The position numbers and the translations under genes are program-made. From an uncultured Chloroflexia bacterium (GTDB lineage: Bacteria; Chloroflexota; Limnocylindria; Limnocylindrales; CSP1-4), in the NCBI GenBank assembly GCA_963721655.1, contig CAVRKH010000008.1, positions 65,026 through 129,025 of the forward strand: a stretch of 64,000 nucleotides of DNA, read 5' to 3'. Every line of letters begins with the position of its first letter. The first letter of the stretch is position 1. This document shows, piece by piece, positions 48,694 to 58,769 of this stretch. The notes below the pieces were generated by a model, which saw only the letters and a program-made list of their open reading frames with translations, had not been told where the DNA came from and ran no database searches.

Positions 48694-50776
48694 TCAGTGG
48701 CTGTTGGTCTCGAGCTCTTTCTTGTGCTCCTCGATGATCCGCTCGGCGAGGTGCGACGGGACGTCCTCGTAGTGGTCGAGCGTGGCCGAGAACGTGCCGC
48801 GTCCGCCGGTGATTGAGCGCAGCTCCGTCGCGTAGCTGAACAGCTCCGCCTGCGGCACGTGGGCCGAGATCACCTGCATCCCGCCGTCCGTGTCCATGCC
48901 CAGCAGGCGGCCACGCCGCCCGTTCAGGTCGCGGTTGACCTCGCCCATGAACGTCTCCGGGATCTTGATCCGGACGTCCATGATCGGCTCCATCAGGGCC
49001 GGGCTGGCGTTGTGGACGGCCTCCTTGAGCGCCATCGACGCGGCGATCTTGAACGACAGCTCGTTCGAGTCGACGTTGTGGAACGAGCCGTCGTAGAGCG
49101 TCGCCTTGATGTCGGACAGCGGGTAGCCGGCGACGACGCCCTCGGCCGCGGTCTCGCGGATGCCCTTCTCGACGCCCGGGAAGAACTGGCGCGGGACCGA
49201 GCCGCCGACGACCCGTTCGGCGAACTCGACGCCGCCGCCCGGGTTCGGCTCGAGCTCGATCCACACGTCGCCGAACATCCCGTGGCCGCCGGTCTGCTTC
49301 TTGTAGCGGCCGTGGGCCTGGGTCTTGCCGCGGATCGTCTCCTTGTAGGGGACCTTCGGCGAGTGCGTCACGATCGCCGAGCCGAACTTGCGCTTCAGGC
49401 GTTCGATGATGACCGCGGTCTGCGCCTCGCCGATCGTGCGCAGCAGCTGCTCGCCGACGTCGCTCCGCTCGAGGTGGACGGTCGGCTCCTCTTCGAGCAT
49501 CCGCTGCAGGGCGGGGCCCATCTTGTCGAGGTCGGCCTTGGTCTGCGGCTCGATGGCCACCACGAGCGTCGGCTCGGGGAACTCGAGCGCGGGCAGCGCG
49601 TACGGCTTGTCCTTGGTGGCCAGCGTGTCGCCGGTCTCGGTCTCGGACAGCTTCGCGACCGCGCCGATCTCGCCGGCCTTGAGCTCGCCGATGGCCTCCT
49701 GCTCCTTGCCGTGGAGCAGCAGCAACTGGCCGATCCGCTCGTCGGCGTTGCGCGTCGTGTTCCAGACGTGCGCCTGCGAATGGAGCGTGCCGGACAGCAC
49801 GCGCAGGTACGTCAGTCGCCCGACGAACGGGTCCGCCGTCGTCTTGAACACGCGGACGATGAGCGGGCCGCTCTCGTCGGCGGGGATGCCCACCGTCTCA
49901 CCGCTCTTGTCGCGCACCTCGACCGGCGGCTCGTCGGCCGGGGAGGGGAGATAGCGGACGATCGCGTCGAGCAGCGCCTGCAGGCCGATGCCCTTTGCCG
50001 CGGATCCGACGAGGACCGGCGCGAGGATCGATTCCTTGACGCCCTTGCGCAGGCACGCCTCGAGCTCGGCGTCCGCGACCTCCTCGCCCTCGAGGTACTT
50101 GGTCAGGACGTCGTCGTCCGCCTCGGCCGCGGCTTCGAGCAACTGATCGCGGCGGGTGGCGACCTCCCCCTGGAGGTCGTCCGGGATCGGGATCTCGACC
50201 TCCTTCGAACCGTCGAAGCGGAACGCCTTGCGGTGGACGAGGTCGACGTATCCCTCGAACGACTCCGCCGCGCCGATCGCCAGGTTGAGCGGCGCGATCT
50301 TGGTCCCGAACGTCGTCCGCAGCGCGTCCAGGGCCTCCGTCGGGTTGGCGTTCTCGCGGTCTGACTTGTTGATGAAGAAGCAGGCCGCCGTGTTCGTGGC
50401 ACGGCGCCTGCGCAACCGCCTGCTCGAGCCCGGCGTCCACGCCGCCCGAGGCGTCCATGACGAGGATCGCGCCATCGGCTGCGGCGAAGCCTTCGACGAC
50501 CTCCGCGACGAAGTCCGGGTAGCCGGGCGTGTCGACGAGCGAGATGCGGGTTCCGTCGGATTCGAAGGTGCCGACCGCGAGGCTCAGCGATGCCCGCCGC
50601 TTCTGCTCCTCGGGCTCGTAGTCGAGGTGGGCCGACCCATCGTCAACGCGACCGAGCCGGGGGATCGCCCCGGCCCGGAAGAGCAGCTGCTCGGCCAGCG
50701 TCGTCTTGCCGGACCCGGCATGGCCCGCCAGGACGACGCTTCGGAGGTGGGGGAGGTCGACACTCTTCATCGTCAT
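48694..50776 (-). CDS. Elongation factor G paralogue (frameshift ~50400)
   Basis: AGHAGSGKTTLAEQLL (G1) and DTPGYPDF (G3) are in ORF 49898-50776. NKSD (G4) and domains II-V are in ORF 48694-50475. Confidence 0.8.
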
Positions 50777-50879
50777 GGGTTCGTCGGTCCTTGACTGCTA
50801 ACGGGAAGCCATTCGGGACGTCGAATCACGGCTGAGGCGTGGGGTCCGGCCATTCTAGTCCGCTATACTCCGGCCCGCG

Positions 50880-51632
50880 ATGTCAGGTCATTCCAAGTGG
50901 TCCACGATCAAGCGCCAGAAGGGCGCGAACGACGCCAAGCGAGGGGCGCTCTTCACCAAGGTCTCGCGCGAGATCAGCGTCGCGGCGCGGCAGGGCGGCG
51001 GCGACCCTGACGCCAACTACCGGCTCCGGCTCGCGATCGAGAAGGCGCGCGCGGTCAACATGCCCGCGGACAACATCAAGCGCACGATCGAGAAGGCCAC
51101 CGGCGGCGGTGACGCCGACCAGTTCGAGGAGATCGTCTACGAGGGCTACGGCCCGGGTGGCGTCGCGGTGCTGGTCGAGGCGGCGACCGACAATCGCAAC
51201 CGGACCGCGGCCGACGTCCGCTCCATCTTCACCAAGTCCGGTGGCCAGCTCGCCGGGAGCGGCGCGGTCGCCTGGCAGTTCGAACCGCGCGGCCTGATCG
51301 CGATCGCGCCCGATGGCCAGGACCCGGACGAGGTGGCCCTCGCCGCGATCGACGCGGGCGCCGAGGACGTCGACACCGACGATCCCGAGGCGATGGAGAT
51401 CTTCACCTCGCCCGCGGACCTCGAGCGGGTCCGCCTGGCGCTCGAGGCGGCCGGCATCGGGATCGACTCCGCCGAGTCGACGATGATCGCCAAGCAGACC
51501 GTCGAACTGGACTCGACCAAGGCGCGCCAGGCGCTCCGGCTCGTCGAACAGCTCGAGGAGCTCGACGACGTCCAGCGCGTGACCGCGAACTTCGACATCC
51601 CCGAGGACGTCTTCGCCGAGGTCGCCGGGTGA
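50880..51632 (+). CDS. yebC: YebC/PmpR-family DNA-binding regulator
   Basis: Intact. [27 protein letters not shown].... TATACT (50864-50869) lies 10 nt upstream of the ATG. Confidence 0.85.
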   Translation: MSGHSKWSTIKRQKGANDAKRGALFTKVSREISVAARQGGGDPDANYRLRLAIEKARAVNMPADNIKRTIEKATGGGDADQFEEIVYEGYGPGGVAVLVEAATDNRNRTAADVRSIFTKSGGQLAGSGAVAWQFEPRGLIAIAPDGQDPDEVALAAIDAGAEDVDTDDPEAMEIFTSPADLERVRLALEAAGIGIDSAESTMIAKQTVELDSTKARQALRLVEQLEELDDVQRVTANFDIPEDVFAEVAG

Positions 51633-52231
51633 TCGTTCTCGGGATCGACCCGGGGACCGCATCGCTCGGTTACGGCATCGTCGATCGGACCGGCGGGAAG
51701 CTGCGCGCCGTCGACCACGGCTGCTTCAATACCAGCCCCGACCGGCCGCTGCCCGATCGCCTGTTGGCGATCCAGGACTGCCTGGCCGAGCTGCTCGAGC
51801 TCCACCGGCCGAGCCTGATGGCCGTCGAGCGGCTGTTCTTCTCGCGCAACGTGCAGACGGCCTTCGCGGTGGGCCAGGCGCGTGGGGTCGTGCTCGTCGC
51901 CGCCGCTCGGGTGGGGGTGCCCGTGCGCGAGGCCACGCCGAGCGAGGTCAAGCTCGCGGTGTCGGGCGACGGACGCGCCGACAAGGAGCAGGTCGGGCGG
52001 ATGGTCCAGCTGGTGCTCGGGATGGAGCGGGTGCCGACTCCCGACGACGCGGCGGATGCCCTGGCCGTGGCGATCTGGGCCGCGAACGTGGCGCCGGGGG
52101 TCGAGGCGCGGCGTTCCGCCGTCGTCGACCGCGCGGCGGTGGCGCCGATCACGCGCGGTCAGTCGGCCTACGACCGCGCGGTCAGCGAAGCCCTCGCCAA
52201 GGAGCGTGGCGCGCGGCGGACCGCATCCTGA
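51629..52231 (+). CDS. ruvC: Holliday junction resolvase RuvC
   Basis: GTG overlaps the yebC stop. [16 protein letters not shown]...AVERLFF...[11 protein letters not shown]. Confidence 0.85.
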   Translation: MIVLGIDPGTASLGYGIVDRTGGKLRAVDHGCFNTSPDRPLPDRLLAIQDCLAELLELHRPSLMAVERLFFSRNVQTAFAVGQARGVVLVAAARVGVPVREATPSEVKLAVSGDGRADKEQVGRMVQLVLGMERVPTPDDAADALAVAIWAANVAPGVEARRSAVVDRAAVAPITRGQSAYDRAVSEALAKERGARRTAS

Positions 52232-52241
52232 CCGGGGTCCC

Positions 52242-52838
52242 ATGCTGGCTTCGGTAGAGGGGACCGTCGGCGCGGTCACGTTCAATTCGGTCGTGATCGA
52301 GGTGGGCGGGCTGGGCTACCGGGTGTTCGTGGCGCCCGCGGTGCTGTCCTCGGCGCAGCCGGGTGCGCGGCTGAAGCTGCACACGTACCACCTGGTCCGT
52401 GAGGATCAGCAGGCGCTGTACGGCTTCCGGACGGCGGAGGAGCTCGGGTTCTTCAACCTGCTGCTCACCGTGACCGGCGTGGGCCCGAAGGTCGCGCTGG
52501 CGATCGTCGGCTCGAAGCCGACGCCCGACCTGCAGCTCGCGATCATGGCCCAGGACCAGGCGGTGCTCGTGTCGATCCCGGGGATCGGCAAGAAGCTGGC
52601 CGAGCGGATCATCTTCGAGCTCAAGGAGAAGGTGACGGCGGCCGGGGTGGCGGTGTCGGCCGGAGCCGTTGCGGGGGGCGAGGCCGGCGAGGGCGAGGTC
52701 GTCGCGGCGCTGCAGGCGCTCGGCTACTCGCTGTCGGAGGCGCGGGTCGCGTCGCGGGCGGCGCTCGCCGAGACGGGGGTTGGGTCGTCGCTCGAGGAAC
52801 GCGTCAAGGCGGCGCTGCGGAGCCTGGTCCGGGAGTAA
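52242..52838 (+). CDS. ruvA: Holliday junction DNA helicase RuvA
   Basis: ATG 52242 within track ORF 51882-52838. MLASVEGTVGAV...GLGYRVFV...LYGF...LLLTVTGVGPKVALAI...IPGIGKKLAERI. Confidence 0.85.
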   Translation: MLASVEGTVGAVTFNSVVIEVGGLGYRVFVAPAVLSSAQPGARLKLHTYHLVREDQQALYGFRTAEELGFFNLLLTVTGVGPKVALAIVGSKPTPDLQLAIMAQDQAVLVSIPGIGKKLAERIIFELKEKVTAAGVAVSAGAVAGGEAGEGEVVAALQALGYSLSEARVASRAALAETGVGSSLEERVKAALRSLVRE

Positions 52839-52917
52839 GACGGGCCAGCTGCCCGCCACCCGGCCCGGCGCCAGCATGCTGTCGCCTCACACTGCGACGT
52901 CGTGGTCCTGACTGCTC

Positions 52918-54631
52918 CTAAGGCGTGTGGAACTCGATGGAGTCGATGATCGGCGTGGCGTCCGCGAGCACCTCGTCGAAGCGCGACTCGGGGGCCATGA
53001 CCGCGATCGCCAGGATGCCGATCGACGAGCCTTCCGGTGCGTCCAGGAGGTACAGGCGCATGCGGCCGCCGCCATCAGGGAGTGAGAGCCCATGGAAATC
53101 CGGACCGTCCTCATCCTTCGTCAAGACCTGCGGCGCGCTTGCGTCGGCGCAAATGCTCGCCCCGGGCGCCGCGCTTATGTCGATGGCCAGGCCCTGATGA
53201 CCGGCGATGGTCACCGTCACCGGGGCAGTCGCAACGAGGTCAGGGTCGGATCGGATGGCGTCGGCCAGGGCAGCGGCGTTCGCCGCTGACTGCCCGGACT
53301 CACACCCGGTGCCAACCGTGAGTGGGTCGTCCACGAACTCGATCCGCTCCTCGTTGTTCTCGTCGTAGTCCAAAGCCGTGTGGCCGTGATCGGACAAGAA
53401 GCCGAAATCCCACGGGTGCGGCGCCAACACGGTCAGCTTGCCGTCCATGAAGACGAACGGCTGGGGCACCGGCCGACCGTTCTCGGTCGTCTGCATCTGC
53501 ATAAGCGCCAACGCTCCGCCCTCGCCTGCGGCGATCTGCTGCTCGACCACGGTCGCGCCGTCCTCTGCGAACAGCCGGACCTCGAACGCAAGGCCGCCAC
53601 TTGGCCATTGCGGTACGCCCACCTGCTCGATCTCGAAGCGTTCGTACCGAGCACCGGTGGTGGTGGCATAGAGGAGCGGCACCTGCTCGTTCGTTCCATA
53701 CGGTCTGGCGACCCTGACGTAGCCCTCGGCACCCTCCCCGTCGACCCGAGCCTGGAGAAACTCTTGGAGCTGTGCCTCGGCCTCCGCCTGGATCACCCTC
53801 GGGTCCACCTGCGCGAACGGCGTCGTAATGTTCCATCGGTTCACGACCCAGATGCCGTCGTCGCCACGCCGGACAGGCTGCGCGAGGTCGATGCTCACCG
53901 TCTCGTAGCGCAGGTCATCGATCGTGGGAGCACATTTGTCGAAGCCACGAACAATCTGGTCGTCGCCAACGATCGGGTACAGCGGATTCGTCTGCCCGGG
54001 AGCGCAGCGGAGATAACTAAGGCCGACGATAGACCCGTCGTCCCCACCGACGTCCTTGAGTCCGTCGTACGGGTTGAACAGGAACGCGTCCCAGCCCAGC
54101 TCGTCGCGGAGGAAGCGCTCCGCGATCTGGGTACCCGGTTCGATGACATGCTCCGCCCAATCCCCTTCGAGTCCGTCGTTCAGTTGCGGATCGAGCTGCC
54201 ACGTGTAGGCGGGGTCGCCGGCGTCTGCAAGCTCCTGGGCCTCGAGCACCTCGTCCCGGGTGGCCTGCGGCCACATCGAGCCTGAAATCGACGGCTGGGC
54301 CGTCGGACCTGGGCTTCGGGGATCGGGCGTTGGCGTGGGCGTGACCGTCGGCGTCAGCGCGGGCTCACCCAGGGCCGGCTGGTTCGGCAGGCGTGCTCAG
54401 GAACCCGACGCCAACAACTGCGAGCACGACAGCGGCCGCGCCGGCGGCGACCGCCATTGACGGCCGTCCAAGCGTGGGCCACCTCAGCCCACCGCGGATG
54501 CCACCGTGGACGTTTCGCGCCGCTTCGACGGCGTTTGCCACGGCCTCGCGGCGAGGCGGTCGCGCGGCAGGCGCGGCGTATGCACGCAGCTGTTCCGCGA
54601 TGCGGTCTTCGAAGGCGATTGTCTCAGTCAT
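52918..54631 (-). CDS. Putative anti-sigma factor: N-terminal cytoplasmic segment, one TM helix, ~480-aa extracytoplasmic domain of unknown fold (frameshift ~54370)
   Basis: ATG 54631 overlaps the sigma-factor stop. MTETIAFEDRIAEQL...MAVAAGAAAVVLAVVGVGFL (TM). A 1-nt shift joins it to LGEPALTPTVTPTPTPDP...MWPQATRDEVLEAQ... (ORF 52918-54276). Confidence 0.5.
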
Positions 54632-55223
54632 CGCCAAGTTCCCTTCGCATCTTGTCGAGGAGGCGGGCCAGCTTGGCCCGCGTGCCGGACGGTGACAGGC
54701 CGGTTGCACGAGCCAGCTCATTCGAGTCAAAGCCAGCTACGTAGCGCAGCGCGAGAAGTGCACGGTCGTCTGGACTCAGCCTCGCGAGCGCGTTCTTCAA
54801 ATCGATTTCTGAGTCCCGATCACGGGAGTGCGCGGGCTGGTCAGTCGGCGGTACGGCAATCTCGCGAACCATGCGACGCCGGCGGGCACGAGCCATCTGC
54901 CTCGCCTGGTTGGCGGCGATCGAGATCAACCAGGAGCGGAGGCGCTCCGGATCGCGCAGGCGGCCGAGCGTGCGCCAGGCGATCGGCCAGGCGGCAGCGA
55001 CAGCCTCATCCGCCAGTTCCAGATCTCCGACGACAACAAGGCAGACCTGCGCCATGTCGCTGCTGAAGGTCTCGACGATCCACGCAAACGCGCCTTCGTC
55101 ACCAGCCAGCGCGCGTTGAAGCCGCTCCTCGTGGGAGATGCCCAGCGCGGCGTCCGACGCGATCGCGATGCTCATACCCCACTGTTGCCGCTCAGCGCCG
55201 CGCTGATTCAGTCGAATTCTCAC
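54624..55223 (-). CDS. ECF-type RNA polymerase sigma factor
   Basis: Region 2 (FAWIVETFSSDMAQVCLVVVGDLELADEAVAAAW) and region 4 (LSPDDRALLALRYVAGFDSNELARATGLSPSGTRAKLARL). ATG 55175 is the likely true start. Confidence 0.75.
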   Translation of the reverse strand: MRIRLNQRGAERQQWGMSIAIASDAALGISHEERLQRALAGDEGAFAWIVETFSSDMAQVCLVVVGDLELADEAVAAAWPIAWRTLGRLRDPERLRSWLISIAANQARQMARARRRRMVREIAVPPTDQPAHSRDRDSEIDLKNALARLSPDDRALLALRYVAGFDSNELARATGLSPSGTRAKLARLLDKMRRELGDD

Positions 55224-55328
55224 AATTCATGAAACGAGAAAGGGCGCGTCCCGTGATTGGACGCGCCGCGTGACAACCGGACGCCGACGGAACGAATGCC
55301 CCGCCGGCGTCCGGACTTTCAGGTTCGA

Positions 55329-56040
55329 CTACGGACCGAACTCGACGGTCCCCTCGATCGGGTCCAGGCCGGGTGAACCGGGCAAGATCTCATCGGCCGA
55401 AGCGTCCATGTTCTCGAACATAGCTGCGCAGCTCGCCACCCCCTGGTCCGCGGCCGTAACATTCCAGATCGCGTTCACCGGGGAACCCGGCTCGAAGATG
55501 ATGGCCACGCGTTCCCCCTCGGGGAAGCCGCCGTGCCAGTCCTGGTCGTTGGCGTCGTACGTTGAGTCCGTGATCAGACCGCCGATCTCGATCAGGCCGT
55601 CGGCGGTCGTTCGGGCGCACTCGAGATCGACCGTCGCGCTGCCCTTGCCGGACTCCGACAACGACATCGTTCCGGCGACGTCTGCGCCGCTTCCGGTCGC
55701 ATCGAGCTCCGCAGCTATTCCATGTGCGGTGAAGTTGCCCCGGGCGAGCAGGGACGGGCTCGGCGATGGCGTGATCGGTCGGCTCGCCGCCGACGCCGCC
55801 ACTGCGCGGCAGGAGCTGGAAGCCGGCGACTGCCACCACCAGCACCGCTGCGGCGGCAACGATCAGCTTCGCGTAGGTATTCATTCGGTTGGACCTCCAC
55901 GCCGGCCACCAGGACCGGCGCTGTGGCGTCGCGTCCACCTCGTCGAGGGCGCGCAGGAGCATGTGCTCCGGGTTCTCGTACGCGTCCTCGCGAAGCCACG
56001 ACAGGACGATGCGGGTCCGGGGGTCATGATCGGTCGTCAT
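55329..56040 (-). CDS. Putative anti-sigma factor / membrane protein with extracytoplasmic domain (frameshift ~55780)
   Basis: ATG 56040 overlaps the sigma stop (ATGA). MTTDHDPRTRIVLSWLREDAYENPEHMLLRALDEV...TM helix KLIVAAAAVLVVAVAGFQLL. It continues in ORF 55329-55859 (GNFTAHGIAAELDATGSG...). Confidence 0.5.
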
Positions 56041-56600
56041 GACGATGCCTCCGCTTGCGCGGGGCGTGCGTCAGCGTCGAGTGACGCCCGCATGGCACGC
56101 ATCGCGTGATGAAGTCGGGAGTAGACCGTGCCGACCGGGATCTCCAGGATCTGGGCTATCCGGTCGAGCGGGATGTCGGCGTAGTGATGGAGGACCAGCA
56201 CGGTCCGGTGATCCACCGACAGGCGGCGGATCGCGGTCTCGAGCTCGTCACGGTGCAGGACCGCGTCGAGCCCGTCGGACGCCACCGGCTCGTCAGTCGG
56301 CAGGATCCGCATGTTCGGCGACCAAGTACGGGCCCGACGCCCCTCCGCGTAGCAAGCGCGGACGAGGAGTCGGTACGACCAGGCGTCAAAGCGCGCCGGG
56401 TCGCGCAGTTGCGGAAGGTCTCGCCAGATCGCAACCAGCGCGCGCTGGCTTGCGTCCTCGGCCAGATCGATATCGCGCAGGATCCTGCGCGACACGGGAA
56501 GGAACCTCGCTGCGAGGTCGGCGGCGAGCTGCCCGAAGGCTTCTCTGTCGCCGTGCTGGGCCCGCTTCACGAGCTCGGTATCCACGACCCTCATCCGCAA
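56037..56600 (-). CDS. ECF-type RNA polymerase sigma factor (second copy)
   Basis: LVKRAQHGDREAFGQL...AEDASQRALVAIWRDLPQLRDP...LSVDHRTVLVLHHYADIPLDRIAQILEIPVGTVYSRLHHA. Confidence 0.75.
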   Translation of the reverse strand: MRMRVVDTELVKRAQHGDREAFGQLAADLAARFLPVSRRILRDIDLAEDASQRALVAIWRDLPQLRDPARFDAWSYRLLVRACYAEGRRARTWSPNMRILPTDEPVASDGLDAVLHRDELETAIRRLSVDHRTVLVLHHYADIPLDRIAQILEIPVGTVYSRLHHAMRAMRASLDADARPAQAEASS

Positions 56601-56626
56601 CGGTGGCGACGGTCAGTTCCGCGCCC

Positions 56627-57166
56627 TCATACGGTATGTGTCTGCGACGCGCGGCGGGCCTTCAAAGTTGCGGGCTTTGTGCCGTCGGCTAGGGGCGCAA
56701 GTCCAGCGAGGGCGTCGGCGTGGCGGCCGCGTGGGTCGATCGAGGGTCGACCCTGGCGGGCGGCCAGGTCGGCGAGCGACTCGTTGTCGAGGATCTCGAG
56801 CATCGCGTCGCGCACGTCGAGCATCACGTCGCGCAGCGTGCAGGTCGCCTCGTCGGGGCAGGAGCACGGCTCGTAGTAGCGGAGGCTCACGCAGCCGACC
56901 GGGGCGAGGGCGCCGTCGAGCAGGCGGATGATCCGCCCCACCGAGACCGTCGCCGGATCCGCGCCGAGGGCGTAGCCGCCGTGCGCCCCGAGCGTCGTGC
57001 GCACGATGCCCGCGTGGCGGAGCGTCGACATGATCTGCTCGAGGAACTTGGGCGGGAGCCGGTTGCGCTCGGCCAGCGTCGCGAGCGCGATCGGGCCCGA
57101 ACCGTCGTGGCGGACGAGGTCGGTCAGGGCGCGAAGACCGTACTCGGAGCGGCGGGACAGGCGCAT
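56627..57166 (-). CDS. Rrf2-family transcriptional regulator
   Basis: [18 protein letters not shown]...[31 protein letters not shown], plus a Cys cluster ([18 protein letters not shown]). Confidence 0.8.
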   Translation of the reverse strand: MRLSRRSEYGLRALTDLVRHDGSGPIALATLAERNRLPPKFLEQIMSTLRHAGIVRTTLGAHGGYALGADPATVSVGRIIRLLDGALAPVGCVSLRYYEPCSCPDEATCTLRDVMLDVRDAMLEILDNESLADLAARQGRPSIDPRGRHADALAGLAPLADGTKPATLKARRASQTHTV

Positions 57167-57245
57167 GGCCGCATCCTACTCGTATCTCCTACCAATCGAG
57201 AGGTACTTCGGCACGGGCAGGTGTCGCGTCCGTCGTCCGCTCGGC

Positions 57246-57394
57246 CTGCCGTGGGGCGGCAGCAGGGACGAACGACGCGCCGGCACTGCCATGGGGCGGC
57301 AAAGAACGACCTGGTGCAGGCGTTTCGTGCCGCACGACGGCAGAAACGCGCCCATCGAGGGCCTCGAGTCGTCACTGCTGCCGTGGGGCGGCAA
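57246..57394. repeat. Intergenic hairpin-repeat array K (CTGCCGTGGGGCGGCAR x4)
   Basis: Palindromic hairpins TGCCG-n5-CGGCA at 57246, 57286, 57327 and 57378, spaced 40, 41 and 51 bp. Each is followed by an A-rich tail (CAGGGACGAACG, AAGAACG, AAACGCG, AAAGCG). Confidence 0.75.
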
Positions 57395-57467
57395 AAGCGC
57401 AGGAGGACGCGCTCCCCATGTAGAACATCCGTGCGAAACACGCGCGGCTCGTGCTAGACTTCGCGGG

Positions 57468-58541
57468 ATGGCCGACGACGTCTCGCGCATCCTCGCGGCG
57501 GACCCGGTGGACGAGAACGAGCTCGCGATCGAAGGCTCGCTGCGGCCGCGCACGCTCGACGAATACATCGGCCAGCGCGAGGTCAAGGCCAACCTCTCGA
57601 TCCTGCTCCAGGCCGCGAAGGGCAGGGGAGAGGCGGCGGATCACATCCTCCTCTACGGACCGCCGGGCCTCGGCAAGACCACCCTCGCGACGATCATCGC
57701 GCGCGACCTCGGGGTGAACGTCCGCTACACGAGCGGGCCCGCCGTGGAGCGGCCCGGCGACCTCGCCGCGGTGCTCACCGCGCTCGAGGAGCGCGACGTC
57801 CTGTTCATCGACGAGATGCATCGCCTCAACAAGGCCGTCGAGGAGATCCTCTATCCGGCGATGGAGGACTACGCGCTCGACGTGATGATCGGCAAGGGCC
57901 CGTCGGCGCGCAGCCTGCGACTCAACCTCAAGCCGTTCACGATCGTCGGCGCCACGACGCGCGCCGGCCGCATCAGCTCGCCGTTGCGTGACCGCTTCGG
58001 GGCCAGCTACCGGCTCGACTTCTACACCGAACCCGAGCTGACCTCGATCGTCGATCGCTCGGCGTCGATCCTCGGCGTCCGGATCGAGCCGGCGGCGTCC
58101 GTGGCGATCGCGCGTCGCGGGCGAGGCACGCCGCGGATCGTCAACCGCCTCCTCAAGCGTGTCCGCGACTACGCCGAGGTCCACGGCGACGGCCACGTCG
58201 ACGAGGAGACCGCGCGCCTGGCGATGACCCGCATGGAGATCGACGACGAGGGCCTCGACTCGACCGACCGCAAGCTCCTCGCCGCGATCATCCAGAAGTT
58301 CGCCTCCGGCCCGGTCGGCGTTGCGGCGCTGGCCGCGGTGCTCGCCGAGGAGGTCGAGACGATCGAGGACGTCTACGAGCCGTTCCTGCTGCGGCTCGGG
58401 TTCCTCGACCGGACGCCGCAGGGCCGCATCGCGACCGAGGCCGCCCGCCAGCACCTCGCCGCCCTTGGCTACGAGATCCCGCCGCCGCGCCGCGCCGAAC
58501 CCGAGATGCCGCCGCTGTGGGAAGACCTGTCGCCGAGCTGA
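57468..58541 (+). CDS. ruvB: Holliday junction DNA helicase RuvB
   Basis: ATG 57468 within track ORF 56997-58541. [12 protein letters not shown]...[14 protein letters not shown]...LFIDEMHRL.... TAGACT (57455-57460) lies 7 nt upstream, which suggests a leaderless transcript. Confidence 0.9.
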   Translation: MADDVSRILAADPVDENELAIEGSLRPRTLDEYIGQREVKANLSILLQAAKGRGEAADHILLYGPPGLGKTTLATIIARDLGVNVRYTSGPAVERPGDLAAVLTALEERDVLFIDEMHRLNKAVEEILYPAMEDYALDVMIGKGPSARSLRLNLKPFTIVGATTRAGRISSPLRDRFGASYRLDFYTEPELTSIVDRSASILGVRIEPAASVAIARRGRGTPRIVNRLLKRVRDYAEVHGDGHVDEETARLAMTRMEIDDEGLDSTDRKLLAAIIQKFASGPVGVAALAAVLAEEVETIEDVYEPFLLRLGFLDRTPQGRIATEAARQHLAALGYEIPPPRRAEPEMPPLWEDLSPS

Positions 58542-58543
58542 CC

Positions 58544-58768
58544 ATGGAGGGTTCGGCCCCGTTCGGCTGGGCGCTCGTGGTCGTCGGCGTGATCATCGTG
58601 GTCGTCGGGCTCGTGTTCGTGACCGGCGGGCGCATCCCGTTCCTCGGCCATCTGCCGGGCGACATCGTGATCCAGCGCGACAACGTCACGATCTTCGTCC
58701 CGCTCGGCTCGATGCTGCTGGTGTCGGTCGTCGTGTCGGTCGTGCTCGGCCTGCTGAACCGGCGCTGA
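58544..58768 (+). CDS. DUF2905-like small membrane protein
   Basis: Two TM helices flank [29 protein letters not shown] 58544 directly follows the ruvB stop. Confidence 0.6.
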   Translation: MEGSAPFGWALVVVGVIIVVVGLVFVTGGRIPFLGHLPGDIVIQRDNVTIFVPLGSMLLVSVVVSVVLGLLNRR

Positions 58769-58769
58769 G

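Noticed and set aside
48387-48737. Small ORFs in array H that encode repetitive peptides (GQIFTGG..., GQILTGW...)
   Set aside because: Several overlapping frames on both strands are open here. The repetition arises from DNA inverted repeats. There is no RBS and no start context.
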